This document shows, piece after piece, positions 50,033 through 61,300 of a stretch of DNA of 64,000 bases (positions within the stretch are counted from its first letter, which is position 1; every line of letters begins with the position of its first letter). Origin of the DNA: Fibrobacteria bacterium. GTDB lineage: Bacteria; Fibrobacterota; Fibrobacteria; UBA11236. The position numbers and the translations under genes are program-made. Where the stretch lies: contig DATENA010000338.1 of the NCBI GenBank assembly GCA_035275285.1, positions 5,875-69,874 of the forward strand, read 5' to 3'. The notes below the pieces were generated by a model that saw nothing but the letters and a program-made list of their open reading frames with translations, was not told the DNA's origin and did not search any database.

Positions 50033-50616
50033 ATGACGGATTCGGTTTGCATGGATAAAGTGGAAGAAACGCCCGCGAAGGTCATCCGGTAGCGGAAGTT
50101 GAACCACGTGAACTGGCCGTTCGGCAGCAAGCCGAACACCCCGCCGGACTTGGTGGTGTAGCCATTGGGGTTCATATCGACCATGACGGTATCCGCTCCT
50201 ATGGTAAAGGTCCGCCATCCGTTCCCTGCGGGATTGCAGGCTCCCCATGCGGGAATGCATTCCTCCAGCTTGCCGATGCCGCCGCCCACGGCGGCGACCC
50301 TGAATCCCTTGATGATCGCTCTCGCGGCGTCGCAGAAGACGACTCCGCTCTGGTCCAAGGCTGTAGGGACGCCTCCTGGACAGGCGTTTGCCAAAACCAC
50401 TTCCGAGCTGCCGAACACCCAGGTCGCCGAAGCCGCGTTGCGCTGGAAGTCTTCGGAAACCAGGTTCGAGATTTGCGTCAGGCGAAGCTGGTCGGAATTC
50501 GCCGCTAATTCCGTGTTGCTGACCCTCAGCAGAGTGATCACTACACCGGGTATGATCACGGAAATGACGCCTGCGACCATGGCTTCGATCAAAGTAAAAC
50601 CGCGCTGGCCCTTCAT
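50005..50616 (-). CDS. prepilin-type N-terminal cleavage/methylation domain protein (minor pilin / pseudopilin)
   Basis: MKGQRG|FTLIEAMVAGVISVIIPGVV.. is a class III signal with Glu5. Confidence 0.65.
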   Translation of the reverse strand: MKGQRGFTLIEAMVAGVISVIIPGVVITLLRVSNTELAANSDQLRLTQISNLVSEDFQRNAASATWVFGSSEVVLANACPGGVPTALDQSGVVFCDAARAIIKGFRVAAVGGGIGKLEECIPAWGACNPAGNGWRTFTIGADTVMVDMNPNGYTTKSGGVFGLLPNGQFTWFNFRYRMTFAGVSSTLSMQTESVICRNAASHL

Positions 50617-51053
50617 CGGACTTTCGTGACCCTTTTGGCCATGGTTACGGTGAAATTCTGACCGTTCTCGGACCAGGAAACGTTGGATGCCATGGTTTTG
50701 AAGGGAACGAGGGTTCCTGCGATGGTTTGCGTTTGGACGCTGAGGGTAAGGTTTCTGAAGGCGGGAGTGGGGGCCTGGGCCGGTTCGTTGAAGTCTAGGG
50801 AGATTGCGCCGTTCACGATTGATCCCAGGCCATCGTAGTTGAAGTAATGGTGTACCGGATCCTCGAGTTCTTCTTGGGCGATGATGCGGGCCTGCCGGAA
50901 ATGATCGTTGACCAACCGCATGACGGAGGCGTTCACGATCATGATCGCCACGGCCGATACCGTAAGGCCGAGCAGAACGGACGCCACCATGAGTTCGATC
51001 AGGGTGAAGCCCATTTGCGGAAGCGGACGTAGCGGTTGAGCGGACAAGGTCAT
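50613..51053 (-). CDS. prepilin-type minor pilin / pseudopilin
   Basis: ..PQMG|FTLIELMVASVLLGLTV... The leader length is uncertain. Confidence 0.6.
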   Translation of the reverse strand: MTLSAQPLRPLPQMGFTLIELMVASVLLGLTVSAVAIMIVNASVMRLVNDHFRQARIIAQEELEDPVHHYFNYDGLGSIVNGAISLDFNEPAQAPTPAFRNLTLSVQTQTIAGTLVPFKTMASNVSWSENGQNFTVTMAKRVTKVR

Positions 51054-51066
51054 TCGCAGCGCCCCT

Positions 51067-51447
51067 TCAGAATTGCGCCGCGGCCATGGCCGTATCGGGC
51101 GCGGGACGCGACTGTTCCGTAACGACCACGAAATTCAGGCCGCCGGAACTCGATACGGCCACGGCGAATTGCGAAGCATTCGGCAGAACCAGGGCCGCAT
51201 TTAATTGGGCGCTCGTGACCAGGACGCCAGTCCTTCTGGTTATCGAAGCCGCCGTGATGGCGGCTGTTTGCGCCAGCGCCAAGGCGGCCTGCCGCTTTTG
51301 ATTCTTGATGTAGCCGTTGTAAATGGGCACGGCTACCGCGGCCAGGATGGCCACGATCACTGACACCACTAATATTTCCACCAGAACGAAACCCGAGCGG
51401 TTCCGGCCCCGGCCGCCCGGATTTCCTGGAGGCGCCTTTGCCTTCAT
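51067..51447 (-). CDS. prepilin-type pilin (126 aa)
   Basis: Start at MKAKAPPG. ..NRSG|FVLVEILVVSVIVAILAAVAVPIYNGYIKNQ.. Confidence 0.6.
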   Translation of the reverse strand: MKAKAPPGNPGGRGRNRSGFVLVEILVVSVIVAILAAVAVPIYNGYIKNQKRQAALALAQTAAITAASITRRTGVLVTSAQLNAALVLPNASQFAVAVSSSGGLNFVVVTEQSRPAPDTAMAAAQF

Positions 51448-51452
51448 GGCGG

Positions 51453-51839
51453 CTAGTAGTTGTAGGTCTGGGCGTTTCCGCCGCCGGTATGGGTGGCCGT
51501 CACCGTGCCCGTGCCGATTAGGCTGGAAATGTTGATGTCGATCCCGATGGGAAGCTGCATGGTGGCCCCGCCCGCGCTGCAAAGCAGGGATGCGGCCAGA
51601 CCGGTGGTGGGAATCACCCCGGTGGGGACGGTTACCTTGCCGCCTTGGTTGATGCAGGCTCCCATGTAGGAAGCCACCGAACCCGCCGCGTTTGCGGCTG
51701 CGTTCTGCCGGGAACTGGTGACATAGCTGGTATACATAGGCACTGCGACGGCCGCAAGCGCCGCCACGATGATCGCGACCACGATGACTTCGACCAAGGT
51801 GAAACCTTCCTGGCCTTCGAAGTTCTTGGGATTTTTCAT
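51453..51839 (-). CDS. type IV pilin, candidate major subunit (128 aa)
   Basis: MKNPKNFEGQEG|FTLVEVIVVAIIVAALAAVAVPMY.. is a canonical T4 pilin N-terminus. It is small, and first in the pilin run after pilC. Confidence 0.75.
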   Translation of the reverse strand: MKNPKNFEGQEGFTLVEVIVVAIIVAALAAVAVPMYTSYVTSSRQNAAANAAGSVASYMGACINQGGKVTVPTGVIPTTGLAASLLCSAGGATMQLPIGIDINISSLIGTGTVTATHTGGGNAQTYNY

Positions 51840-51915
51840 TTTCTCTCTCCTGAAGTGAAATGGATGTCACATTGCCGACGCACACGAAAGCCTTTGCATG
51901 ACCGCATCCCCCGCC

Positions 51916-53154
51916 TCAATGGATGTATTTCCCGATCATGAAAATGGGCAGATACAGCGAAAAGAGGATACCGCCCACGATACTGCCCAGGGTCACGATC
52001 AGGATCGGTTCGATGATGGAAGACAGGGAATCCACCACGCTGCGGACTTCCCGTTCGTAGAATTCGGCGGCCTTGGCCAACAGTTCGTCCACGCGCCCGC
52101 TGGACTCGCCCGTGGCCACCAATTGCACGACCAACACCGGGAAAAGCCCGCTGGCCTCGAGCGCTTCGCTGAGCAGGTCACCCTTCCGGAGACTGCCGAA
52201 AATGCCTTCCAGGCTCTTTCCGAAATAGCGATTGTTCACCGCCGCGCCCGCGATCTCGGTCGCCTTGAGAATGGGGGTTCCCGCCCCCAGGAGCAGGGAC
52301 ATGGTGCGGCAATAAGTGGCCCAGATATTCTTCTGCAGAATGCCGCCGAATACGGGAATCCTCAGGACGTTTTTCTGATAAGCGATTTTGAACTCATCGC
52401 GGGTCATCAGGTATTTGAACAGGACAAAGAGCAGTCCGGTCGCGATGAAGCAAAGTATGGTGTTCTGCCGTACCAGGCGGGAGATGAAAATCAGCATCTG
52501 GGTAGGAGGCGGAAGCACGGCGTTCATGCTCCTGTAGATGGTCTCGAAGGTAGGCACCAGCTTCCACATGATCCCCAGCATCATCACGCTCACGAACCCG
52601 CCGATGAAAACGGGATAGCGCATCGCGGTCTTGATCTTCCCGCGCATGATCTCCACGCTCTCCATGTAATCGGCCAGACCTTCAAGCACCTTGTCCAAGG
52701 CGCCCGCCACTTCGCCCGAATTCACCACGGCCACGTACATGGGGCTGAACGCGCCGGGATGCCGGGCCACGGCGTCGGACAGGGTGAACCCGGTCGAGAT
52801 GTCGTCGGCGATTTGCTGGATAATGGCCTTGAAAACGGGTTTCTCGCCCTTGGTGAGCTGATCCAGGGCTTTGGAAAGAGGAACGCCTTGCCCGACCATG
52901 GTCGATAACTGGCGGGTGAAGAACACCACGTCCCGGAAAGGCACCTTGTTCCGGCGGTTCTTCACGCCTTCCCTGAAGAACTCCGAAAGGGTTTTGCGGG
53001 GCCGGATTTCGTCTCCGCTCAGCTCCTTGACCATGATGGGCAGGAAATCCTTCTGCGTCAGGCGCTCCAGGACCTCATCGGCCGTGACGCCGTCCATGGT
53101 GCCCAGCACCACGCGATCTTCCCTGTCCCTGACCTTGTAGCTGAACTTCGCCAT
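51916..53154 (-). CDS. pilC: type IV pilus platform protein PilC / GspF family
   Basis: Start at MAKFSYKV, giving 412 aa. Two T2SSF repeats, three TM segments, and a ..GESSG.. motif. Confidence 0.85.
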   Translation of the reverse strand: MAKFSYKVRDREDRVVLGTMDGVTADEVLERLTQKDFLPIMVKELSGDEIRPRKTLSEFFREGVKNRRNKVPFRDVVFFTRQLSTMVGQGVPLSKALDQLTKGEKPVFKAIIQQIADDISTGFTLSDAVARHPGAFSPMYVAVVNSGEVAGALDKVLEGLADYMESVEIMRGKIKTAMRYPVFIGGFVSVMMLGIMWKLVPTFETIYRSMNAVLPPPTQMLIFISRLVRQNTILCFIATGLLFVLFKYLMTRDEFKIAYQKNVLRIPVFGGILQKNIWATYCRTMSLLLGAGTPILKATEIAGAAVNNRYFGKSLEGIFGSLRKGDLLSEALEASGLFPVLVVQLVATGESSGRVDELLAKAAEFYEREVRSVVDSLSSIIEPILIVTLGSIVGGILFSLYLPIFMIGKYIH

Positions 53155-53159
53155 GGCCG

Positions 53160-53966
53160 TTACTCCGCGTCCCCCGCCATCTGCTTCAGCCTTTCCCTCA
53201 TGGAAGGGAAGTCCGGGAAGTATTTCGAGGAGTCCTGGCCGGCATCGGCGCCGCTCCGGCGCCAGCCCAACAGGGCCCCGAAGGACACACCGATCTGCGC
53301 CTCGCGCGGACCGCGGGACCAATCCGAGTCCAGGCCGGGGGAGACATCCGCATCCAGGCTGAGGAAGGCGCGCTCCCGGGGGGACTTCACGGTAAAGCCC
53401 AGGTAGCCTCGCAGGGATTCCCGATTGGAGAACGGCCGCTGGAGACCGGCGGGACCGCGCATGGTCCCGTCGATGTGGTGGGCGCGCACGCCGGCTTCGC
53501 AATCGAAAAAACCGGAGGGCGAGAGCACCGCCCCCAGGAACGGGTTGGTGATCAGCCCGGAATAGCGGAAACCCGCCGCATCCCCGCTGTTGAGGTACAG
53601 GAAGCGCGACCCCGCGGTGAAGCGCAGCCATTCCGAGAAAAAGTGCGGGGAGGCCAAGATGAGGCCGAAGGTGGGCGCCACTCCGAACTCGCCGTGGAAT
53701 TGCGCGGACTTGCCCCCCGCCACCCTGAGCTGATCCAGGCCGATCCCGGCCTCGATCGCCGCGTAAGGCACGGGCGCATAGGCCAGGTTGAGGGTATGGA
53801 TGGTCTCATAGGAAGGGATGTCGGCCTGGGTGATGTTCTGGCCCCGAAAGGAAAGGCCGTATTGGATTCCCAGGCTGCGGGAATCCATGTCCTCGATGGG
53901 AAAGGCCGCGTGGGCCGCCGCGGCAAAAGCCAGGAGGCAGGCTGACAACCACAGGACGGATTTCAT
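53160..53966 (-). CDS. outer-membrane beta-barrel-like protein with signal peptide
   Basis: MKSVLWLSACLLAFAAAAHA|AFP, then alternating aromatic/Gly-rich strands. It ends 6 bp upstream of the pilC start. Confidence 0.5.
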   Translation of the reverse strand: MKSVLWLSACLLAFAAAAHAAFPIEDMDSRSLGIQYGLSFRGQNITQADIPSYETIHTLNLAYAPVPYAAIEAGIGLDQLRVAGGKSAQFHGEFGVAPTFGLILASPHFFSEWLRFTAGSRFLYLNSGDAAGFRYSGLITNPFLGAVLSPSGFFDCEAGVRAHHIDGTMRGPAGLQRPFSNRESLRGYLGFTVKSPRERAFLSLDADVSPGLDSDWSRGPREAQIGVSFGALLGWRRSGADAGQDSSKYFPDFPSMRERLKQMAGDAE

Positions 53967-53988
53967 GTCGCTTCGTATTCCCATTCCG

Positions 53989-56900
53989 TTACGGCTTGAG
54001 CTGCGGGAGCAGGAAGCGCTCTCCGTCCTTGTCCCTGATACCGTTTACTTCCGCATTCACCGTGACGAAGAGGCGGTTCGCGAACTGCCTGGGATACCGC
54101 AGCCGCGCTTTGGCGAAACCACCCTTCGTGACCGCGGAAACCTCGATGGCGACGGCGAAATCGTTGTCCGTGAAGGGGAGGTCGGACAGGAATTCGCGGA
54201 TTTCCCATTCGTGGTAGGGATAATCCCCGCTCGCGGGAAGATGGCAGCCCGGGCCCACCAGAGTCGAAGTCGACGGACGGGAAATGACCTCGCTGGTATT
54301 GGTCTTGCCGTCCTGATTTACGTCTATCCCGATACGGACGCTGTCCACGACGATCGACGTTTCCCCGCTGTCGATGTCGCATTTTCCGTTCCCGTTCAAA
54401 TCGAACCATTCGTCGTGCTGCAAGGGATCATAGTCGAAAACCCCGTCTCCGTTGCGATCTTCGCCCCGCCTCAGGATGCTGGGATTGCCGTCCAGATCGA
54501 TGTCGATCCCCGGATCGAATCTCAAGTTCTGGTTGATGTCCTCATAGGGAAGCATGTCCTTTACGACCAGGCGATACACGACCTTGACCGCTTCCGAATC
54601 GGAGCCGAGTCCGGTGAAATGGTCGAAAACCAGCCTGCCGATCCCCATTCCGGTCACCACCGCACTGAAATGCACCTCCGTGCCGTCCGCTACGGCATTG
54701 CCGTTGACGTCCTGCACCACGGCCCCCTGGAAAAACTCGAAAGTGGCCTCATTGGTGGTTCCGGCGTTCCGGACGGAAATGGAATCGTCCTCCGGGCGCG
54801 CCACCGTCACGATATGCGCGGGACCCGAAATGGTCAGCTTGGAGGTATCCGCCAAGGCGCCCACGCTCGCCACCACCAAGGTCCCCCGGTATCCGCTCGC
54901 GATGCTCCCCGCCAGGAGTTGGCTCACCGCAATACCCATCTGAGTCTGCACCACGGGCTTGGCGATCGCCTCGCCCCCGCCAGGCCCCTTGAGGATCCGG
55001 AAGTTCACACTCTCTCCTGTGACCAGATTCCCCCCCGCATCCGCGACTACCGCGCGCAAGGTGGCTACACCCCCGTTGATGCCGATATTGTCCGCCGTGA
55101 TGGTGAGCTTGACCGATGCGGCCGTGGTCGCATTGAAGGCGATGTTGATCTGGGCCGATCCCGCGGACGCATTCGCCTGCACCGTGGCCGTTCCGGAGAA
55201 GGACGCGCTCCGGAGGTAGGTGGCTGCCCTGCCGTTCCCGTCGGTGACGACCGTGGCGTTGGAGATGGAGCCCGCATTGGTCGCGAAGGTGACGGTTTTT
55301 CCCGCAATGGGCGCGTTGGAGCCATTCACGTAGGTCGCCGTCACCAGGGTGGAATCCGCCCCGCCCACCGCCAGGCTCCCTTTGGAAACCGCCAGGATCA
55401 AACTGTTATTGCTGAACGTAAGACCCAGGGAATCCGACGTATTGAGCGCCGCGCTCCTCACCCGCACGCTTCCCGAAGACGCGGCGGTCACCCGCACCAA
55501 GGCCCGCCCGTTCGGGTTCAGCACCGTGGAATAGGACGTGTTGCCATTGTCGAAAACGCCCGGACCGGCCAACGTGAAAGCGATGTCATCCCCGGCGATG
55601 GGATTGCCGGACGCGTCCTTGAGGAAGGCTTCCACGTTCGCGACTTCCCCTATCTTGAGGTCCGTGATATTGGAGGTGAGCTGCAGGGTGACGCCGCTGA
55701 ACAGCACTTCCGTGGAGGCGGTCAGGCTGCGGCCCACGGCGGTGGCTTCCACCTTGCACACGCCGTTGACCGGGGCGCTGCGTAGGATGACGCCGGCGCG
55801 GCCGGCGCTGTCCACGACGGCGGTCTGGCCGATGATGCCCAGATCGCTCGTGAACTTGACGATCTCGCCCGCGGCGGGATTGTTGTTCTCGTTGGTGAGG
55901 ATGACGGAGATGACCGCGAAGTCCGAGTTGTCCGCCCGGAGCTGGGAGCGGGAGGAGAAGATGCGCATCTTGCGGATGGACCCGACCGTATTGTCGCCTT
56001 TGTTGGGCAGCACGCTCCAGAAGTCCACGAAATTGCTGTCGGTGGCGCCCAGGGCCTTGGCGGTGACGGTCACGCGCCGCTGGGTGCCGCTGGTGACGGC
56101 GGTGCGGAAAACGCCTTCGCCGTCCGTGGTGCCTTGGCCCGGGCTGCCGTTGAAGAGGACGGTCGCGTCCGGGACCGGGTTGCCCGCGCCGTCCAGGATC
56201 TTGATGGCCACGGGGACGGTGCGGTTGAGCAACGCGTCCGAGGAAGCGGGGACCACGTCGATCTTCAGGCCCGAAAGGGTGATGGTGGTGACCACGGAGA
56301 GGGAGGAATCCTCGATGATCATGGATGCGGTGACGCGGGCGTCCACGTTGATGGGCACGGCGCGGTAGGTGGCGGAGGCCTCGCCCCGGGAATCGGTGGT
56401 GTCCGAGGAGGCGATGATGCCCTGGTTGGCGGTGAAGCGCACCGGCCGGCCGGCCAGGGGATTGTTGAACTTGTCGAAGGCCACCACCCGGACCGTGGTC
56501 TGGTCGGTGTTGCTGGCGCGCAGGTTGGACTTGTCCACGAAGATGCGGAGGTTGCCCACGGTGGGATTCGCGGCGGAATCGGAGAAGGGCAGTTTGGTGA
56601 GGTAGACGACCTTGGCGCTGTCCGCCGCGCCCAGGGCGGAGGCGGTGAGGACCAGGACCTTCTCGCCCGGGCTCACCACCGTGGCGGTGGCGATGCCGGA
56701 GGGGTTGGTGGTCAGGGACGCTTGCAGGGCGCCTTTCAGGGCCACCTTCACGTCCGAAAGCGGGCGGTCCTGGGCGTCGCGCACGCGGATGGAGACGGGA
56801 ACGGTGTCGTTCAGGACGGCTTCGCCCCTGGCGGGCTTCACTTCGATGCGGATGCCGGCCAGGGTGATGGTCGCGCTGGCGCGGCGCGTGGAATCGCCTT

Positions 56901-57936
56901 GCCGGTAAGAGGCGGTGATGACCGCTTCCGCGTTCTGGGCCAGTCCCTGGAACACCGCCTGGGCCTCGCCGTTCGCGTCCGTGGTATCGTCCGGCGTGAT
57001 GATGCCATGGCTGGCGGAGAAGGCCACGCGCTTGCCGGGAACGGGGTTGTGGCTGTCGTCGTAGAGGATGGCCCGCACCTTGGAGGTTTCCCCGGCGGCG
57101 GCGGCGATGCGGGACGGGTCGGCGAAGATGAGCAGGGTGCGGGTGCGGGATTCCGGGGGCGTGGTCCAGAACCCGACGGTGACGTCCGCGGCGGCGCCCA
57201 GGGCCGAGGCGGTGACCTTCACCTGCGCTTCCTTGTCGCTCTTCACGCTGGTGCGGAAGCTGCCGGAACCGTCGGTGACCCCTTCCGGGGCGGCCGCGCC
57301 TTGCAGCTTGACGAGGGTGGCGGCCACGGGTTCGCCTTCGCCGTCCGTCACGGAAACGGTGAGCGGCACGCTCCGGTCCACCAGGGTGTCCGGGGACAGC
57401 GGGGTGACGCGGACGGTGAGGCCTTGCAATTGCAGGGAGGTCCCCACCACGGCCATGGAATCGCCCACGTCCGCGGAGGCGAGGATGCGCACCTCCCCGT
57501 TGCGGGGGACGCCGGCGTAGACCGCGGTGGCCACGCCGTCGCCGTCGGTGGTGTCCTTGCCGGTGATGGTGCCCAGGGAAGCGGCGAAGGCGACCGGCCT
57601 GTTCCTCAGGGGATTATGGTTCGCGTCGAAGACCAGGGCGGTGACGATGGCGCGGGCCTTGTTGCCGGCCTTCAGGGTTTGCGGGGTGGCGTAGAGCCGC
57701 ATGTTGCTGGCCACGGAATCCCTGACCCAGCCTCCGCTGGTGTCCAGGCCTCCTGCGCTGCCGCCGGGGCCGATGGGCGCGTCCCCCAAGTCCCGATCAT
57801 TGACGTTGCAGGAAAGCAGACATGCGGACAGGCAGAGGCTGAGCACGGCCGACGTTGCGGAAAGAAACGGACGCCGGGACGGAAATCGTCCCGCATGCGA
57901 CAATTGGTACGACCCGCAACCTTTGTTTTCCGGCAT
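53989..57936 (-). CDS. giant surface lipoprotein with about 10 bacterial Ig-like (Big_1, invasin/intimin-type) repeats and C-terminal Ca-binding Dx[DN]xDG repeats
   Basis: Lipobox LLSC|N. Repeated ..A..VTA.V.D..GNP..G..V.F..S.G.I......TD..G.A...Y.. modules every roughly 95 aa. C-terminal DIDLDGNP / DRNGDGVFDYD / DLNGNGKCDID. Start chosen at MPENKG; the upstream Met (MKMRIS) is possible. Confidence 0.7.
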   Translation of the reverse strand: MPENKGCGSYQLSHAGRFPSRRPFLSATSAVLSLCLSACLLSCNVNDRDLGDAPIGPGGSAGGLDTSGGWVRDSVASNMRLYATPQTLKAGNKARAIVTALVFDANHNPLRNRPVAFAASLGTITGKDTTDGDGVATAVYAGVPRNGEVRILASADVGDSMAVVGTSLQLQGLTVRVTPLSPDTLVDRSVPLTVSVTDGEGEPVAATLVKLQGAAAPEGVTDGSGSFRTSVKSDKEAQVKVTASALGAAADVTVGFWTTPPESRTRTLLIFADPSRIAAAAGETSKVRAILYDDSHNPVPGKRVAFSASHGIITPDDTTDANGEAQAVFQGLAQNAEAVITASYRQGDSTRRASATITLAGIRIEVKPARGEAVLNDTVPVSIRVRDAQDRPLSDVKVALKGALQASLTTNPSGIATATVVSPGEKVLVLTASALGAADSAKVVYLTKLPFSDSAANPTVGNLRIFVDKSNLRASNTDQTTVRVVAFDKFNNPLAGRPVRFTANQGIIASSDTTDSRGEASATYRAVPINVDARVTASMIIEDSSLSVVTTITLSGLKIDVVPASSDALLNRTVPVAIKILDGAGNPVPDATVLFNGSPGQGTTDGEGVFRTAVTSGTQRRVTVTAKALGATDSNFVDFWSVLPNKGDNTVGSIRKMRIFSSRSQLRADNSDFAVISVILTNENNNPAAGEIVKFTSDLGIIGQTAVVDSAGRAGVILRSAPVNGVCKVEATAVGRSLTASTEVLFSGVTLQLTSNITDLKIGEVANVEAFLKDASGNPIAGDDIAFTLAGPGVFDNGNTSYSTVLNPNGRALVRVTAASSGSVRVRSAALNTSDSLGLTFSNNSLILAVSKGSLAVGGADSTLVTATYVNGSNAPIAGKTVTFATNAGSISNATVVTDGNGRAATYLRSASFSGTATVQANASAGSAQINIAFNATTAASVKLTITADNIGINGGVATLRAVVADAGGNLVTGESVNFRILKGPGGGEAIAKPVVQTQMGIAVSQLLAGSIASGYRGTLVVASVGALADTSKLTISGPAHIVTVARPEDDSISVRNAGTTNEATFEFFQGAVVQDVNGNAVADGTEVHFSAVVTGMGIGRLVFDHFTGLGSDSEAVKVVYRLVVKDMLPYEDINQNLRFDPGIDIDLDGNPSILRRGEDRNGDGVFDYDPLQHDEWFDLNGNGKCDIDSGETSIVVDSVRIGIDVNQDGKTNTSEVISRPSTSTLVGPGCHLPASGDYPYHEWEIREFLSDLPFTDNDFAVAIEVSAVTKGGFAKARLRYPRQFANRLFVTVNAEVNGIRDKDGERFLLPQLKP

Positions 57937-58355
57937 TTTCCTCTTGGTTCTCGTCTGGATTCCGGTGCCTTCCGGGGGATGCGGGAAGCAATCCGAAGGC
58001 CGTCCCGTCGAGAAGCCGGGACCTCTGGAAAAGTAGTAAAGGGGCCTTCCAATCCGCGCCAACGCCGCCCTTAACCCCTTGGAAATCCTCATCTTCAATC
58101 GCCTCGCCCCTCAAAAACCTTCACGGAGTGTAAATTTTTCCGGCGGAGCCGCCCGTTTTCCGACACTCAGGATAATCCACGCAAGGCTGCGGGGCGCATC
58201 CTGGCCTGCGGAGGCGGTTCTATCGCGTGGGGAAACGGGTGGCCGGCGGTCCGGGAGGGCGTCCGGCCGCGCCCTAGGTAACCTGTATGTTACTTGTCCC
58301 GGCAAAAACCATTCCCGGGGGACCGGTTTTGCATTTATTTTAGAACGGGATCGCG

Positions 58356-61300
58356 ATGCACAAGTGGATTAAAAGGATATTGGCGGCATTGGGGATCCTG
58401 GCTCCGGTCCTGTTCGCGGCCGTCTATTTCGGCGGCCGCTGGGCGGCGCAGAAATACCTGGCGGAGGAAATCAAGGTGGGGGAGGGCCGCGTGCGCCTGG
58501 TCTCCCCGCGATTCCGCTGGAGCCTGGACTTGAGCGCGGACTCGGCGCTGTACTTAAGCCCCACCCTGGACGTGGCCGCCGGCCGCACCGTGGTGTCCGC
58601 GAACCTGTTCAGGAGCCTGCTGCGTTTCGGGCCGTCGGTCACCCTGGACGTGGATACCCTGACCCTGCGCATCGCTCCCGGCCCCGATACGGTCAAGCCC
58701 AAACGGGATTCGATCCCCTTTCCGGAAGTGCGCATCCCGGCCGCGGTCCTGGTGCGGGCGGGCCGGATCCTGGTCTCGGACACGGCGGGTCTGCTGGTCC
58801 GCTGCGACGGCCTGGTGCTGGAGACCCAGGGCCCCCAAGGCGCGAGGCTGGCCATCCGCGAGGCGGAGGCGCGGCCCCTGGGCGGTCTCAGGCAATCGCT
58901 GGCGGCCTCCGCGGCCTGGGACGATTCCACGCGCGTGCTGGCCCGCCTGGCCTGGAGGCGCGCGGGCGACAGCATCTCCCTGGACGTGCGAATGCCGAAG
59001 GCGAACCTGTTGCGCGCGGCCGCGGAGTTGCGCGTGCACCTGGCCTCTTCCCGGCCCTACGCGGAGGCGCTCAAGCTGCCTCCGGCGCCCCGGGCGGAAG
59101 GCTTCGACGCCGCGTTCCGCGCCACCCTCGGCAGGACCTTGAGCTTCGAAGGCGGGTTGGACGCGCGCGTGTCCGGATTCCCCGATTCGCTGCCCCTGAA
59201 GCTGGGACCGCAGAAGCTGGCCGTGCGCCTGGCCTTCAAGGACAGCGCCGGCACCTGGTCGGTGAAAAGCCGCGGGGACGGGGGCGAGGACGTGGATCTG
59301 GGGGGTACCCTGTACGTTACCAAGGCGGATTCCCTCGCGGATCCGGCCTGGCTGGCCCGCCACGCGGGGGCGACCGCCAAGGGGCATCTGCGCGGGTTCA
59401 CCGTGGTGGCGGGCGGCAAGCGGGGCCAGGCCAATCTGGAGGTGGCGGGGTTGCGCGCCTCCGGAGAGGCCATCCAGGCGGACATCGCCACCGGGGATGG
59501 TTCCCGCATCGCCGCGGACCTGCGCCTGGCGGCCGCTGCGAAGCCGGCGACCCGCGCGGCCAAGACGATAAAGACGGCCAACAGGGCCAAAGGCAGGCAG
59601 CCGGCCTCCCAGCCCGGCTTACCGGATTGGAACGGCACCTTCTCCGTCCGCATCGCTCCGGGGGAGCGCTGGATGGTGGCCTTCACGGATACCAATGTCG
59701 TGTTCAAGAAGGCGCAGGTGAACGGCCGCATCGCCGGGGGCGAGGTGACGGCGCTGGTGGAGGCCTCGGGCTTGAAAGCCTACGGGCTGATGGCGGACTC
59801 CCTGCGCCTGGTCAACCGCTACGGCAAGGGCGGGTACGTGTTGGAACCTTCCCATCTGGTCTGGCGCGGCGTCGATTGGGAACTTGCGGGCCGGGTGGGA
59901 TTGGACAAGCCCGGGCGGCCGATGGAGTTCCGGATGGGGAATCCGAAATACGGTTCCGTGGAAGCGGCCATGCCCCGTCCGGACGTGATGGAGGCGCGCG
60001 TGCGCGGCCTGGCCCTGGAGCAATCGCCGTACAAAGGCCTCGACACCCTCAGGGCCAACCAACCGCGCGTGACCGCGGATTTCCAATGGGACAAGCCCAA
60101 GCGCACCGGCACGGCCTCGATCAAGGTGGATGGCCGCTACAAGAACGAAACGCTGCAGGCCGTGGCCCGGGCCGAGTGGGACGCGCAGACCCTGACCGTG
60201 AGCGAAACCCGGGCCTCCCTGTCCGGCAACGAGATCCACGCTTCCGCCAAGGTGAACCTGCGCGGGCGCCAGTTCTACGAGCTGGCCAAACTGGCCAAGG
60301 AGGACGTGGAAGAGGCGAGCCTGGGGGCGGACCGTTTCGATCTGGCCAAGGCCATGGCCGTGGCCATGCCGGAGCCGCCCCTCAAGTCCGGGGTGGCCAT
60401 CGGGAGGCTCGGTTACGGTTCCGCCGGGGGATTTTCGGGCGCCTGCAAGCTGGAGAACATCCACCTGAGCGGGGAAGAGGAGAAGGTCGCGATCAAGGAA
60501 CTGGCCGTGGCCGGCAAGGGGGACACCCTGGTTATCAAGGCGGTTACCGTATCCGAGGAGGAACCCTTGCTCCGGGATTCCGCCACCTTGGCGGTGGCCG
60601 GCATCCTGACCCCCACCCAGACCCTGACCCTGGACGCGCGGGCCGGCCAGGGCGTGTTCCTGGATTTCCGCGGCACCGTCAAGGACTTCAAGGACCTGAA
60701 GGGGCGGCTCGGCATCCGCGGGGACATGGCGCTGCCGAAATCCTCCGGGGAGCTGAAGAACGTGAAGGTGCGGGCCGACATCGTCATGCCCTTCAAGGAC
60801 GGCATCAAGGGCCTGCGGGTGGAGGCGGATACCTTGGGCGGGGTATACGTGGTGGCGGGGCTGGACACGCAGACCTTCTCCGCGCCGGTCAAGATGGAAG
60901 GCGGCAGGATCACCATCCCCCGATTGACCGTCAAGTCGGCGGGCGGGGCGGAGCTGCGCGGCCGCTTCGAGCTGGATCCCGCGACCAAGCGCATGTCCGG
61001 CTCCTTGACGGGCAACAGCTTCGCGGCCCAGTTCGGTCCCGGGGACCGCATCAAGCTCCGCGACCTCAAGCTGGATCTGCGCGGGGATTCCACCGTCCTC
61101 GATCTCCAGGCTTCCATCGGGTCCGGATCGGCCGAACACATCAAGGCGCCCATGCGCGCGGCGGGGGATTTCTCCCGGGTGTCCGTGACCTACCGGGCGC
61201 CCTTGGGCAAGGACGCGCTGGGCGCGCCGGGCGGCGGGCGCATCCCCTACGTGCGGGTGGACGCGGTCCTGGACAGCTCCGAACTCCGCTACCGCTTGCG

